Positions 1 to 12,683 of a stretch of 64,000 nucleotides of DNA are shown one piece after another; position 1 is the stretch's first letter; the number at the start of each line of letters is the position of its first letter. The notes under the pieces were generated by a model. The model was not told the origin of the DNA, ran no database searches, and saw only the letters and a program-made list of their open reading frames with translations. Made by a program: the position numbers and the translations under genes. The DNA comes from Vicinamibacteria bacterium (GTDB taxonomy: Bacteria > Acidobacteriota > Vicinamibacteria > Vicinamibacterales > JAENWD01), in assembly GCA_963763095.1 (NCBI GenBank), contig CAVXNR010000015.1, positions 73,865 through 137,864 of the forward strand, in the 5' to 3' direction.

Positions 1-416
1 CGCGGCCCCGCGAGGACGTCGTCTGGGAGCCGGGCGCTCTGCGCGGCGTCGAGCCGTCCCGTGGCGGTTGCGAGCGCCGTGGTGACTTCGGCGAGGAGGC
101 GTTCGGCGCGGCTTTGCGCCGAGGCACGGCCGGTCGCGGCCTCGCGGGCGGCGCTTTGCGCACGCTCACGGCTGTCGAGCGCATGGTTGAGCGCGAGGCG
201 GTAGTCACGCTGGGTGGCCGCGGCGTCCGCCTGCGCGAGGGCCTTCACGGCCGCCCCGAGTTCAGCGGCGGCATAGCGCTCGGCTCCCGCGGCGCGAGCC
301 GCATCGATGGCACCCTGCGCCTGGTGCATCTCCTTGTTCGGCGGCTCGGCACACGCGCCGGCAGCAAGGGCGAGCGCGAGCGTCAGAACGTGAGTTGCAC
401 GTCGTACGGGGAGCAT
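1..416 (-). CDS. putative lipoprotein, DUF4398-like (N-terminal 138 codons; C-terminus off the left edge)
   Basis: Not in the ORF track because no stop lies in the window. The reverse strand from ATG at 416 reads MLPVRRATHVLTLALALAAGACAEPPNKEMHQAQGAIDAARAAGAERYAAAELGAAVKALAQ... This is a signal peptide ending in a Cys (lipobox-like), followed by an Ala-rich helical region like DUF4398 lipoproteins. Confidence 0.5.
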   Translation of the reverse strand, partial: MLPVRRATHVLTLALALAAGACAEPPNKEMHQAQGAIDAARAAGAERYAAAELGAAVKALAQADAAATQRDYRLALNHALDSRERAQSAAREAATGRASAQSRAERLLAEVTTALATATGRLDAAQSARLPDDVLAGP

Positions 417-500
417 CGGCGCCAGTATACGCAACACGCGCGGCGAGTTCACGGATCCGACGGCGTGACCTGCACGCAAGCCGGGAACGCGGAACGGAAG

Positions 501-1172
501 ATGAAGGACGTCCCGCCGAATGACCGTCCGCGCGAGAAGCTCGCGCGGGTTGGCGCCGCGGCCCTCGGTGACAACGAACTCGTCGCCCTGGTGCTCGGGC
601 ACGGGACGTCACGCGCCGATGCACTGACGCTGGCGAACGCACTCCTGGCCTGTGCGGGCGGAGTGCGAGGGCTCGCGCGTGCCGGCCTGGCACAGGTGCT
701 TGCCGTGCCGGGCGTGGGCGCCGCGCATGCTGCGCGGATGCTCGCGGCCATCGAGCTGGGGCGGCGCGCCGTCCTGCAGCCCCGCGACGCCCGCGCGCGG
801 TTCAACGCACCAGACGATCTCGCCCGTTTTCTCGTGCCCCAGTTCGGGTGGCGGCCAGTCGAGCACTTCGGGGCGCTCCTGCTCGACGGGCGCAACCGGC
901 TGTTGCGGACGGCGGTAGTCTCGGTCGGAACACTCGACGCCAGCGTGATCCACCCACGCGACATCTTTCGCGAAGCCGCCCTGGAGATCGCGGCCGGGGT
1001 CGTGCTGTTTCACAACCACCCGTCCGGAGACCCGACGCCCAGCCCGGAGGACGTGCTCATCACGCAGCGCATGGTCCACGCCGGAGTGGTCATGGGGATC
1101 GAGGTGCTGGATCACCTGGTGCTTGCGGAGACCACCTACTTCAGCTTTCGGGAGAACCGGCAGCTGACCTGA
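501..1172 (+). CDS. radC: RadC/UPF0758 family JAB-domain protein
   Basis: C-terminal 223 aa of ORF 114..1172. It reads MKDVPPNDRPREKLARVGAAALGDNELVALVLGHG and carries the JAB/MPN motif HNHPSGDPTPSPED. Start set at ATG 501; the upstream part of the ORF looks like non-coding read-through. Confidence 0.85.
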   Translation: MKDVPPNDRPREKLARVGAAALGDNELVALVLGHGTSRADALTLANALLACAGGVRGLARAGLAQVLAVPGVGAAHAARMLAAIELGRRAVLQPRDARARFNAPDDLARFLVPQFGWRPVEHFGALLLDGRNRLLRTAVVSVGTLDASVIHPRDIFREAALEIAAGVVLFHNHPSGDPTPSPEDVLITQRMVHAGVVMGIEVLDHLVLAETTYFSFRENRQLT

Positions 1173-1263
1173 CCCGCCGCGACCGCGCCGTCGGTGCCCG
1201 CCAACCACGCCATCAGGTAAGATCAATCGTTTATGGTCGCCGCCGGTGACCGGACACCTCCGT

Positions 1264-2682
1264 ATGAAGCTGTTGTATTTCGACTGTTTCAATGGCGCCT
1301 CGGGCGACATGATCCTGGGTGCCCTGCTCGACGCGGGGCTCCCGCTGGAGGACCTCCGCCGCGCGCTGGGGAGCCTCGGCATCGGCGAGTACGAAGTGGC
1401 CGCTGAGCGGGTGCTGCGGGCGGGGGTGTCGGCAACGAAGTTCCATCTGATCGAGCGAGGCGGCGAGGACGGGTCCGCCAGAACTGAAGTCCCGGCGCCA
1501 CATTCGCAGGCGCATCAGCACGAGCACGCTGACTCGCACACGCACGGCGTCGCACCCGCTCATGCCGGGAGTGAAGGCGTGGCACCACATTCGCACGTGC
1601 ACGTGCACGCGCACACCCACTCGCACTCCCACGACGGGGTCGCGCATGCTCACGCTGGGACTGAGGTCCCAGCGCCTCATTCGGAGTTGCACGACCACAC
1701 TCACCTGCACCCGCACTCACACCGCAGCCTGCCTGAGATCCTCGCGCTCATCGAGCGGTCGGCCATTCCGCCGGCAGGACGGGCGCGCGCGCGGCAGCTG
1801 TTCGAGCGGCTCGCCGAGGCCGAAGCGGCGATTCATCAGATGCCCGTCGAGCGCGTGCACCTGCACGAGGTCGGGGCCCTCGATTCCATCATCGACATCG
1901 TCGGCGCGGTCTTCGCGATCGAATGGTTCGGCGCCGGGCGGGTGGTGGTGTCACCGCTCAATGTCGGCGGAGGGATGGTGCGATCGGCGCACGGCCTGTT
2001 CCCGGTGCCGGCGCCCGCGACGATGCGGCTCCTCGGCGACGCGCCGATCTATTCGAGCGGCGTGCAGGCCGAGCTCCTGACGCCCACCGGCGCGCTGCTT
2101 CTGACCGGCCATGCCGACGCGTTCGGGCCCGTGCCGCCGATGCGCGTGGACGGTGTCGGCTACGGCGCCGGAACCCGCGAGCTTGCCGGCACGCCAAACG
2201 TGTTGCGTGTGCTCGTCGGCGAGAGCACCGCGGAATCCACGACCGAGCGGATCGTCGTGCTCGAGTGCGAGATAGACGACATGAACCCCCAGATCTTCGG
2301 CGTGCTGATGGACCGGCTGTACGCGGCGGGCGCGCTGGAGGTGTACTACTCCGCCGTCCAGATGAAGAAGAATCGACCTGGGACCCTGATCACCGTGCTG
2401 GCCGCGCCGGATCGGCGGGAGGAGCTGGCCGGGGTCATGTTCCGTGAGTCCACGACAATCGGCGTTCGCTATCACGATGTGGATCGCGAGCGGCTCGAGC
2501 GCGAGGTGGTCTCCCTCGAGACGCCGTTCGGCACGATTCGATTCAAGGTCGCCCGCCGGGCGGGTGCCGTCGTGAACGCGTCGCCCGAGTTCGAGGATTG
2601 TGTCCGCGTCGCCAGCGACCGTGGCATTCCCGTCAAGGACGTGCAGGCGGCAGCGATGCACGCCTGGCTGAGCAGAGTGTGA
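1264..2682 (+). CDS. larC: LarC (DUF111) nickel-insertion protein for the nickel-pincer cofactor, with a long His-rich insert
   Basis: MKLLYFDCFNGASGDMILGALLDAGL... matches DUF111/LarC over the full length. A ~90-aa His-rich stretch is present (HSQAHQHEHADSHTH...HVHVHAHTHSHSH...HDHTHLHPHSH). Start at ATG 1264 inside ORF 1246..2682. Confidence 0.85.
   Translation: MKLLYFDCFNGASGDMILGALLDAGLPLEDLRRALGSLGIGEYEVAAERVLRAGVSATKFHLIERGGEDGSARTEVPAPHSQAHQHEHADSHTHGVAPAHAGSEGVAPHSHVHVHAHTHSHSHDGVAHAHAGTEVPAPHSELHDHTHLHPHSHRSLPEILALIERSAIPPAGRARARQLFERLAEAEAAIHQMPVERVHLHEVGALDSIIDIVGAVFAIEWFGAGRVVVSPLNVGGGMVRSAHGLFPVPAPATMRLLGDAPIYSSGVQAELLTPTGALLLTGHADAFGPVPPMRVDGVGYGAGTRELAGTPNVLRVLVGESTAESTTERIVVLECEIDDMNPQIFGVLMDRLYAAGALEVYYSAVQMKKNRPGTLITVLAAPDRREELAGVMFRESTTIGVRYHDVDRERLEREVVSLETPFGTIRFKVARRAGAVVNASPEFEDCVRVASDRGIPVKDVQAAAMHAWLSRV
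1478..1680 (+). repeat. three in-frame copies of a REP-like hairpin element inside larC (1478-1503, 1564-1590, 1654-1680)
   Basis: The copies are ccagaaCTGAAGtCCCgGCgCCACAT, GCCGGGAGTGAAGGCGTGGCACCACAT and GCTGGGACTGAGGTCCCAGCGCCTCAT. All are read in the same frame as A(R/G)(T/S)E(V/G)(P/V)APHS. Confidence 0.6.
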
Positions 2683-2713
2683 GCCTCCCGCTGGAATCGT
2701 GTAGTTGCCCAAG

Positions 2714-4780
2714 ATGTCTTTTTTCCTGACCACCGCGATCGACTACGTCAACAGCCGTCCGCATCTCGGCACCGCCTACGAGAAGGTCACCACGGATGTG
2801 ATCGCGCGGTTCAAACGCCTGACGGGTGTCGAGACTCATTTCCTGATGGGCAACGACGAGCACTCGCAGAACGTCTTCAAGCGCGCGCGGGAGCTGGGCG
2901 AGGATCCGCTCGCCTACTGCGACCGCATGGAGACCGTGTTCCGCGGCGTCTGGGGACGGCTGTCGATTTCCTTCGACGACTTCATCCGCACAACCGAACC
3001 GCGTCACAAGGCGGGCGTACAAAAGCTCGTGAACGCCTGCCGGGCGAACGGCGACGTGTACGAGGGCCAGTACGAAGGCTACTACTGTGTCTCCTGCGAG
3101 GCGTTCAAGCAGGATAAGGATCTAGTCGACGGCAAATGCGCCGTGCACCTGACGCAACCCGAGTGGATCCGGGAAAAGAACCACTTCTTCCGCCTGTCGC
3201 GCTATCAGCAGCCGCTGCTCGAGCACTACGCCGCGCACCCGGAGTTCATCCAGCCGGAAGTACGCCGCAACGAAATCCTGCGCCTGGTCGAGGCGGGCCT
3301 CGAGGACATCTCCATCAGCCGCGCCGGACAGTCCTGGGGCATCCCGCTGCCCTTCGAGGAGAGCAGCGTTGTCTACGTGTGGTTCGACGCCCTCATCAAC
3401 TACGCGTCCGCGGTGGGCTACGGCACCGACGACGAGCAGTTTGCGCGGTGGTGGCCGGCCGACCTCCACGTGGTCGGCAAGGACATCACGCGATTCCACT
3501 GTGTCGTCTGGCCCGCCATGCTCATGAGCGCGGGAGTACCCCTTCCGAAACAGGTGTTCGGCCACGGGTGGGTGCACTTCAAGGGCCACAAGATGAGCAA
3601 GACGCTCGGCACCGTCGTCGATCCGCTCGACGCCGCCGAGCGGCTCGGGGCCGACCCGCTGCGCCTGTATCTCGTCAAGGAGATCCCGTTCGGGGGCGAC
3701 GGTGACTTCTCGTGGGAGCGGTTCGAGGAGCGGTACAACGTCGATCTCGCGAACAACCTGGGCAACCTCGTGAGCCGCATCACGACCATGGCCGAGAAGT
3801 ATCGCGGGCTGCAGGTGGCGCCCACGACGCTCGGGTCGGGACGCCTGGCCGACGTGGCGACCGACGTGCTCGCGACCTACATCGATGCCATGGAGCGCTT
3901 TGCCCTCCATGAAGGCGCGTTCGCGGCCTTCCGGCTCGTCGACGCGTGCAACGAGTTCATCGCGGAGTCGGCGCCGTGGGCCCTTGCGCGCGACCCCGCC
4001 GATGCCGAGCGCCTGTCGCAGGTGCTCTACGATGTCGCCGAAGCGCTGCGAATCGTGGGGATCCTGCTGCAGCCTGTGATGCCGACGGCCGGCGTTGAGA
4101 TCCTCCGCCGCGCGGGAGAGACCCGGCCGGTCGGCGAGCTGCGGCTTGCGCGCGATGCAGCATGGATGTCCGACAGGCCGCGCACGCTCGTAAAAGGCCC
4201 GAACCTCTGGCCGCGCCTCGAAGCGGCGCGGCCCGCGACCAGCCCCCCCTCGACCCCGAGAACGGAGACGCGCTTGAGCGACACGCCCGACTGGAAACCA
4301 AATGCGCCGGCACCGGATGCGCCACTCTCCGCCGGGACTGAAGTCCCGGCTCCACATCAGAGTGGTCTGTCCGCTGCGACTGAAGGCTCGGCTCCACAAC
4401 CCTCGGCTCCGCCGGCAGCCCCGCAAGCGGCGGCCGGACAACCCGCCGGCGGAGAGCGAGTGTCCATCGACGAGTTCGCGAAGATCGAGCTGCGCGTCGC
4501 CAAGGTCCTCACCGCGGAGCGCGTGCCCAAGTCGAAGAAGCTGATGAAGCTCTGGATCGATCTCGGCAACGAGCAGCGCACCCTCGTCGCTGGCATCGCC
4601 GAGGCCTACGAACCCGAGCAACTCGTCGGCCGCACGATCGTGATCGTCGCGAACCTGAAGCCTGCCAAGCTGATGGGCATCGAATCAAACGGCATGATCC
4701 TCGCGGCCTCGGGAGAGGACGGCCGCCCGCTGCTCTTGTCGGCCGAAGACGGCGCCGAGCCGGGGATGCGGGTCAAATGA
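2714..4780 (+). CDS. metG: methionyl-tRNA synthetase with C-terminal Trbp111/EMAP-type tRNA-binding domain
   Basis: MSFFLTTAIDYVNSRPHLGTAYEKV... is class I MetRS. It has a KMSKT loop (HKMSKTLG) and a C-terminal ISIDEFAKIELRVAKVL...ANLKPAKLMGIESNGMILAAS domain. A low-complexity Pro/Ala linker joins the two parts. Start at ATG 2714. Confidence 0.93.
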   Translation: MSFFLTTAIDYVNSRPHLGTAYEKVTTDVIARFKRLTGVETHFLMGNDEHSQNVFKRARELGEDPLAYCDRMETVFRGVWGRLSISFDDFIRTTEPRHKAGVQKLVNACRANGDVYEGQYEGYYCVSCEAFKQDKDLVDGKCAVHLTQPEWIREKNHFFRLSRYQQPLLEHYAAHPEFIQPEVRRNEILRLVEAGLEDISISRAGQSWGIPLPFEESSVVYVWFDALINYASAVGYGTDDEQFARWWPADLHVVGKDITRFHCVVWPAMLMSAGVPLPKQVFGHGWVHFKGHKMSKTLGTVVDPLDAAERLGADPLRLYLVKEIPFGGDGDFSWERFEERYNVDLANNLGNLVSRITTMAEKYRGLQVAPTTLGSGRLADVATDVLATYIDAMERFALHEGAFAAFRLVDACNEFIAESAPWALARDPADAERLSQVLYDVAEALRIVGILLQPVMPTAGVEILRRAGETRPVGELRLARDAAWMSDRPRTLVKGPNLWPRLEAARPATSPPSTPRTETRLSDTPDWKPNAPAPDAPLSAGTEVPAPHQSGLSAATEGSAPQPSAPPAAPQAAAGQPAGGERVSIDEFAKIELRVAKVLTAERVPKSKKLMKLWIDLGNEQRTLVAGIAEAYEPEQLVGRTIVIVANLKPAKLMGIESNGMILAASGEDGRPLLLSAEDGAEPGMRVK
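4331..4399 (+). repeat. two in-frame copies of the REP-like hairpin element inside the metG linker (4331-4357, 4373-4399)
   Basis: GCCGGGACTGAAGTCCCGGCTCCACAT has a 7-bp stem CCGGGAC/GTCCCGG. A decayed copy is GCTGCGACTGAAGGCTCGGCTCCACAA. They are translated as AGTEVPAPH and AATEGSAPQ. Confidence 0.6.
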
Positions 4781-4808
4781 GTTGACCGTTGACCGTTGAC
4801 CGTTGACG
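4781..4808 (+). repeat. heptanucleotide tandem array (GTTGACC)x4
   Basis: GTTGACC GTTGACC GTTGACC GTTGACG starts at the base after the metG TGA. Confidence 0.95.
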
Positions 4809-4886
4809 CATGCCTGTCGTGCGTGCCGAGCCGCGGACGGCACCGATCGTGATGATCGCCTCCAGCGCGCGAGGAGGCGCACCGAT

Positions 4887-5255
4887 ATGTCTGGACACAG
4901 CAGCTTTCGAGACCTGGTGGCATGGCAGATTTCGATGACGCTAGCAGAGAAGGCGTACGCATTTGCAGCCTCGTTGCCCGCCAGTGAACGCTTCGAGCTC
5001 GGATCGCAAATTCGCCGCGCGGCTGTGTCGATTCCGTCGAATGTGGCGGAAGGGCAACGGCGCCCACCGATGGTGTTCAAGCATTACCTCGGGATCTCGT
5101 TAGGCTCCCTCGCGGAGCTCGAAACGCAGTTCGAGCTTGCTCAGCGCCTGAACTTGGCGGATCCCCCAGACGACACCTGGGAGTGCGTGGGCCGCTGCCA
5201 GCAGGTCCTATACGGACTCGTGAGGTCGGTGCGTGCGACGACTGCGCACCGTTGA
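4887..5255 (+). CDS. four-helix-bundle protein (23S rRNA intervening-sequence protein / Avd-like family)
   Basis: MSGHSSFRDLVAWQISMTLAEKAYAFAASLPASERFELGSQIRRAAVSIPSNVAEGQRR...SLGSLAELETQFELAQRL is typical of the TIGR02436/PF05635 family. GAGGAGG lies 9 nt upstream of ATG 4887. Confidence 0.85.
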   Translation: MSGHSSFRDLVAWQISMTLAEKAYAFAASLPASERFELGSQIRRAAVSIPSNVAEGQRRPPMVFKHYLGISLGSLAELETQFELAQRLNLADPPDDTWECVGRCQQVLYGLVRSVRATTAHR

Positions 5256-5380
5256 CGGTCCGGGCTTCGTTGACCGTGCGCCGTTGATCGTTAACCGTTG
5301 AGTCCGTGGTCAACGGTCAGCGCGCAACGGTGAACGGTACGGGACGATAAACGGTGAACGGTAAACGGTAAACGGTAAAC
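5251..5380 (+). repeat. degenerate GTTGAC(N) units followed by inverted GGT(N)AAC heptamer arrays
   Basis: Forward units are at 5251, 5269 and 5283-5303 (GTTGATC GTTAACC GTTGAGT). Reverse-complement units are at 5309-5336 (GGTCAAC GGTCAGC GCGCAAC GGTGAAC) and 5353-5380 (GGTGAAC GGTAAAC x3). The array ends 4 nt before the tatD start. Confidence 0.9.
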
Positions 5381-5384
5381 GAAG

Positions 5385-6164
5385 TTGATCGATTCCCACT
5401 GCCACCTCGCGGATGCCGTGTTCGCGCCCGACCTGGATGGCGTGCTGGCGCGCGCGCGGGAGGCGGGGCTGACCCATGTGCTCTGCATCCTTGCCGCGGG
5501 AGACGCGGTCGAGCAGGCGCAGGCGGCACGTGTCGCCGCGCAGTTCCCAGGTGCGCGGTTTGCGGCCGGCGTGCACCCGCATCAGGCGCATGAGCACGCA
5601 CAGGCGGGGCGCGCCGCAGCGCTCGTGCGTGCGGCGTGTGCCGGCAACCCGCTGGTGCGCGCCGTCGGCGAGATCGGGCTCGACTTCCACTACGACTTCT
5701 CCCCGCGCGACGTGCAGCGGGCCGTGTTTGCCGAGCAGGTGGCGCTCGCCCGCGAGCTCGATCTTCCCGTGATCATCCATACGCGTGAGGCGGAGGACGA
5801 TACATTCGACATCCTGCGAAGGGAAGGACACGGGGAGGTCAGAGGTGTCTTCCACTGCTTCACCGGTGATGTGCGGCTGGCACGCCGCGCGCTCGATCTC
5901 GGGTTCCTTCTGTCGTTCGCCGGCATTCTTACCTTTCCAAAGGCCGTGAGCATCCGCGAGGCGGCCGCCATCGTGCCGGACGATCGGCTGCTGGCCGAAA
6001 CCGACAGCCCGTTTCTCGCGCCGGTTCCGCATCGCGGGAAGCGGAACGAACCGGCCCTGGTGCGTCGCGTCATCGAGACGCTAGCCATTGTCCGCGCGTC
6101 GACGGTGGACGCGATTAATGCCCAGATCACTACGAATTTCCTCCATCTGACGCGGGATGCGTGA
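5385..6164 (+). CDS. tatD: TatD-family metal-dependent hydrolase/DNase
   Basis: MIDSHCHLADAVF..., GEIGLDFHYD, VIIHTREA and ETDSPFLAPVPHRGKRNEP are TatD signatures. TTG start at 5385. Confidence 0.88.
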   Translation: MIDSHCHLADAVFAPDLDGVLARAREAGLTHVLCILAAGDAVEQAQAARVAAQFPGARFAAGVHPHQAHEHAQAGRAAALVRAACAGNPLVRAVGEIGLDFHYDFSPRDVQRAVFAEQVALARELDLPVIIHTREAEDDTFDILRREGHGEVRGVFHCFTGDVRLARRALDLGFLLSFAGILTFPKAVSIREAAAIVPDDRLLAETDSPFLAPVPHRGKRNEPALVRRVIETLAIVRASTVDAINAQITTNFLHLTRDA

Positions 6165-6215
6165 GCCGCCGTTGCGTTGACACCCCGCGCAAACCTGTGG
6201 TCAGATTGACGAGCT

Positions 6216-10846
<4,631 letters not shown>

Positions 10847-10892
10847 CCGCCCACCCGCTCCCACCGACGTCCGACACACGCCTGTGAAGTCC

Positions 10893-12262
10893 ATGAAATC
10901 GCGCATTCTCGTCATCGATGATGAGGCGGCCATCCGCGAGTCGCTGCGGATGATTCTCGAGTACGAGGGCTACGAGTTCCTCGGCGCCGCCACCGGGCAG
11001 GACGGCCTGGCGATGGTCGATCGTGAGAACCCGGACCTCGTGTTCCTCGACATCAAGATGCCTGGGATGGATGGTCTCGAGGTGCTGCAGCGCATCAAGG
11101 CCGCGAACGAGACCGTACCCGTCGTGATGATTTCCGGGCACGCGACCGTGACGACGGCGGTGGATGCGACGAAGCTGGGGGCGCTGGACTTCATCGAGAA
11201 GCCGCTGGCGAGCGAGCGGGTGCTCGTGACGATCCGCAACGCCATCGATCGCAGCCGTCTCGCCGACGAGAACCGCTCCCTCAAGCGCGTCGTCGAAGTG
11301 CGGCACCAGATTGTGGGGGAGAGCCCGCACCTGAAGAAGGTGATGGACGCGATCCGCCGTGCCGCGCCGACCAACGCGACGGTGCTGATCACCGGCGAGA
11401 GCGGCGTCGGCAAGGAGCTGGTCGCCAGGGCCATCCACCGCAACAGCCTGCGGAGCCGCGAGCGATTCGTGCAGGTGAACTGTGCGGCGATTCCGGACGA
11501 CCTGATCGAATCCGAGCTGTTCGGCCACGAGAAGGGGTCGTTCACGGGGGCGACCGAGAAACAGATCGGCAAGTTCGAGCAGGCAGACAAGGGCACCATC
11601 TTCCTCGACGAGGTCGGGGACATGAGCCTGAAAACGCAGGCCAAGGTGCTGCGCGTGCTGCAGGAAGGGGAGGTCGAGCGGCTCGGCTCGGCCCGCACCA
11701 TCAAGGTCGACGTGCGCGTGATCGCGGCCACCAACAAGAATCTGGAGGAGGAGATCGAGAAGGGCACGTTCCGGGAAGATCTGTATTCCGCCTCGCGGTC
11801 ATTCCGATTTACGTGCCGCCACTCCGGGAGCGGAAGGACGACATCCCGCTGCTCGTGCGGCACTTCGCGGACCTGTTCGCCCGCGACAACAACTTCCGTC
11901 CGAAACGGGTGACGCCTGCGGCCATGGACGTTCTGCAGCGACACCGCTGGAAGGGCAACATCCGGGAGCTGCGGAACACTGTCGAGCGGTTGATCATCAT
12001 GACCCCGGCCGACAGCGTCGACCTGCCGGACCTGCCGGAGAGCATCCGCGTTGACGGGCCGTCACGTGGGCCGGATAATGAGACGGTCAGGGCCGGCACG
12101 CTGCGGGAGCACAAGGAAGTGTCGGAACGTGCCTTCCTGGTCCAGAAGCTCCGCGAAACCGGCTGGAACATCTCGAAGACGGCCGAGCTCATCGACACGC
12201 CGCGCAGCAATCTGTACAAGAAACTGGAGCAGTACAACATCAAGCAGGAATCAGACGGATAG
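10893..12262 (+). CDS. sigma54-dependent Fis-family response regulator (NtrC/AtoC-like); frame broken near 11787
   Basis: The receiver domain has ILVIDDE and [14 protein letters not shown]. The AAA+ domain has [14 protein letters not shown] and FLDEVGDM. The HTH is [23 protein letters not shown] 10812..11912 and ORF 11813..12262 join as FREDLY|[23 protein letters not shown] if one nt is restored in ctgtat-tccgc. Confidence 0.88.
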
Positions 12263-12656
12263 CCGCAGCCGCGCCAGACGATCGCCGCTCGCGGGAGGCC
12301 GGGTTCGCCCGGAACCATCACGAGGGGAGGAAAGTCCGAACTCCGCAGGGCAGTGCGCCGGGTAATCCCCGGTCGGGGCAACCCGAAGGAAAGTGGCACA
12401 GAAAATATACCGCCCCGTCGACCGGCAACGGAGATGAGGTAAGGGTGAAAAGGTGCGGTAAGAGCGCACCGCGCCAGTGGCAACACGGGTGGCAGGCAAA
12501 ACCCCGCACGGAGCAAGACCAAATAGGGAGGCGTTCGAGGACGGCCCGTCCGAAGCCTCCGGGTCGGTCGCTTGATCCCGCCAGTAATGACGGGGCTAGA
12601 GGAATGGTCGTCCCGCCGGAAGGCGGACAGAATTCGGCTTACGGCGCGACTGCGGC
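12262..12656 (+). ncRNA. rnpB: RNase P RNA, bacterial type A
   Basis: Hallmark blocks are GGAGGAAAGTCCGAACTCCGCAGGGCAG, GGTAAGGGTGAAAAGGTGCGGTAAGAGCGCACCGC, CAAATAGG and ACAGAATTCGGCTTAC. P1 is formed by GCCGCAGCCGCGCC (12262-) pairing with GGCGCGACTGCGGC (-12656). Ends are +/- a few nt. Confidence 0.93.
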
Positions 12657-12683
12657 ACTCTCATGTCACACCCCGGCGGCATC

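Noticed and set aside
688-704. Sigma54-like TGGCAC-N-CTTGC motif
   Set aside because: The GG-to-GC spacing is 11 rather than 10 nt, and the site lies inside the radC coding sequence.
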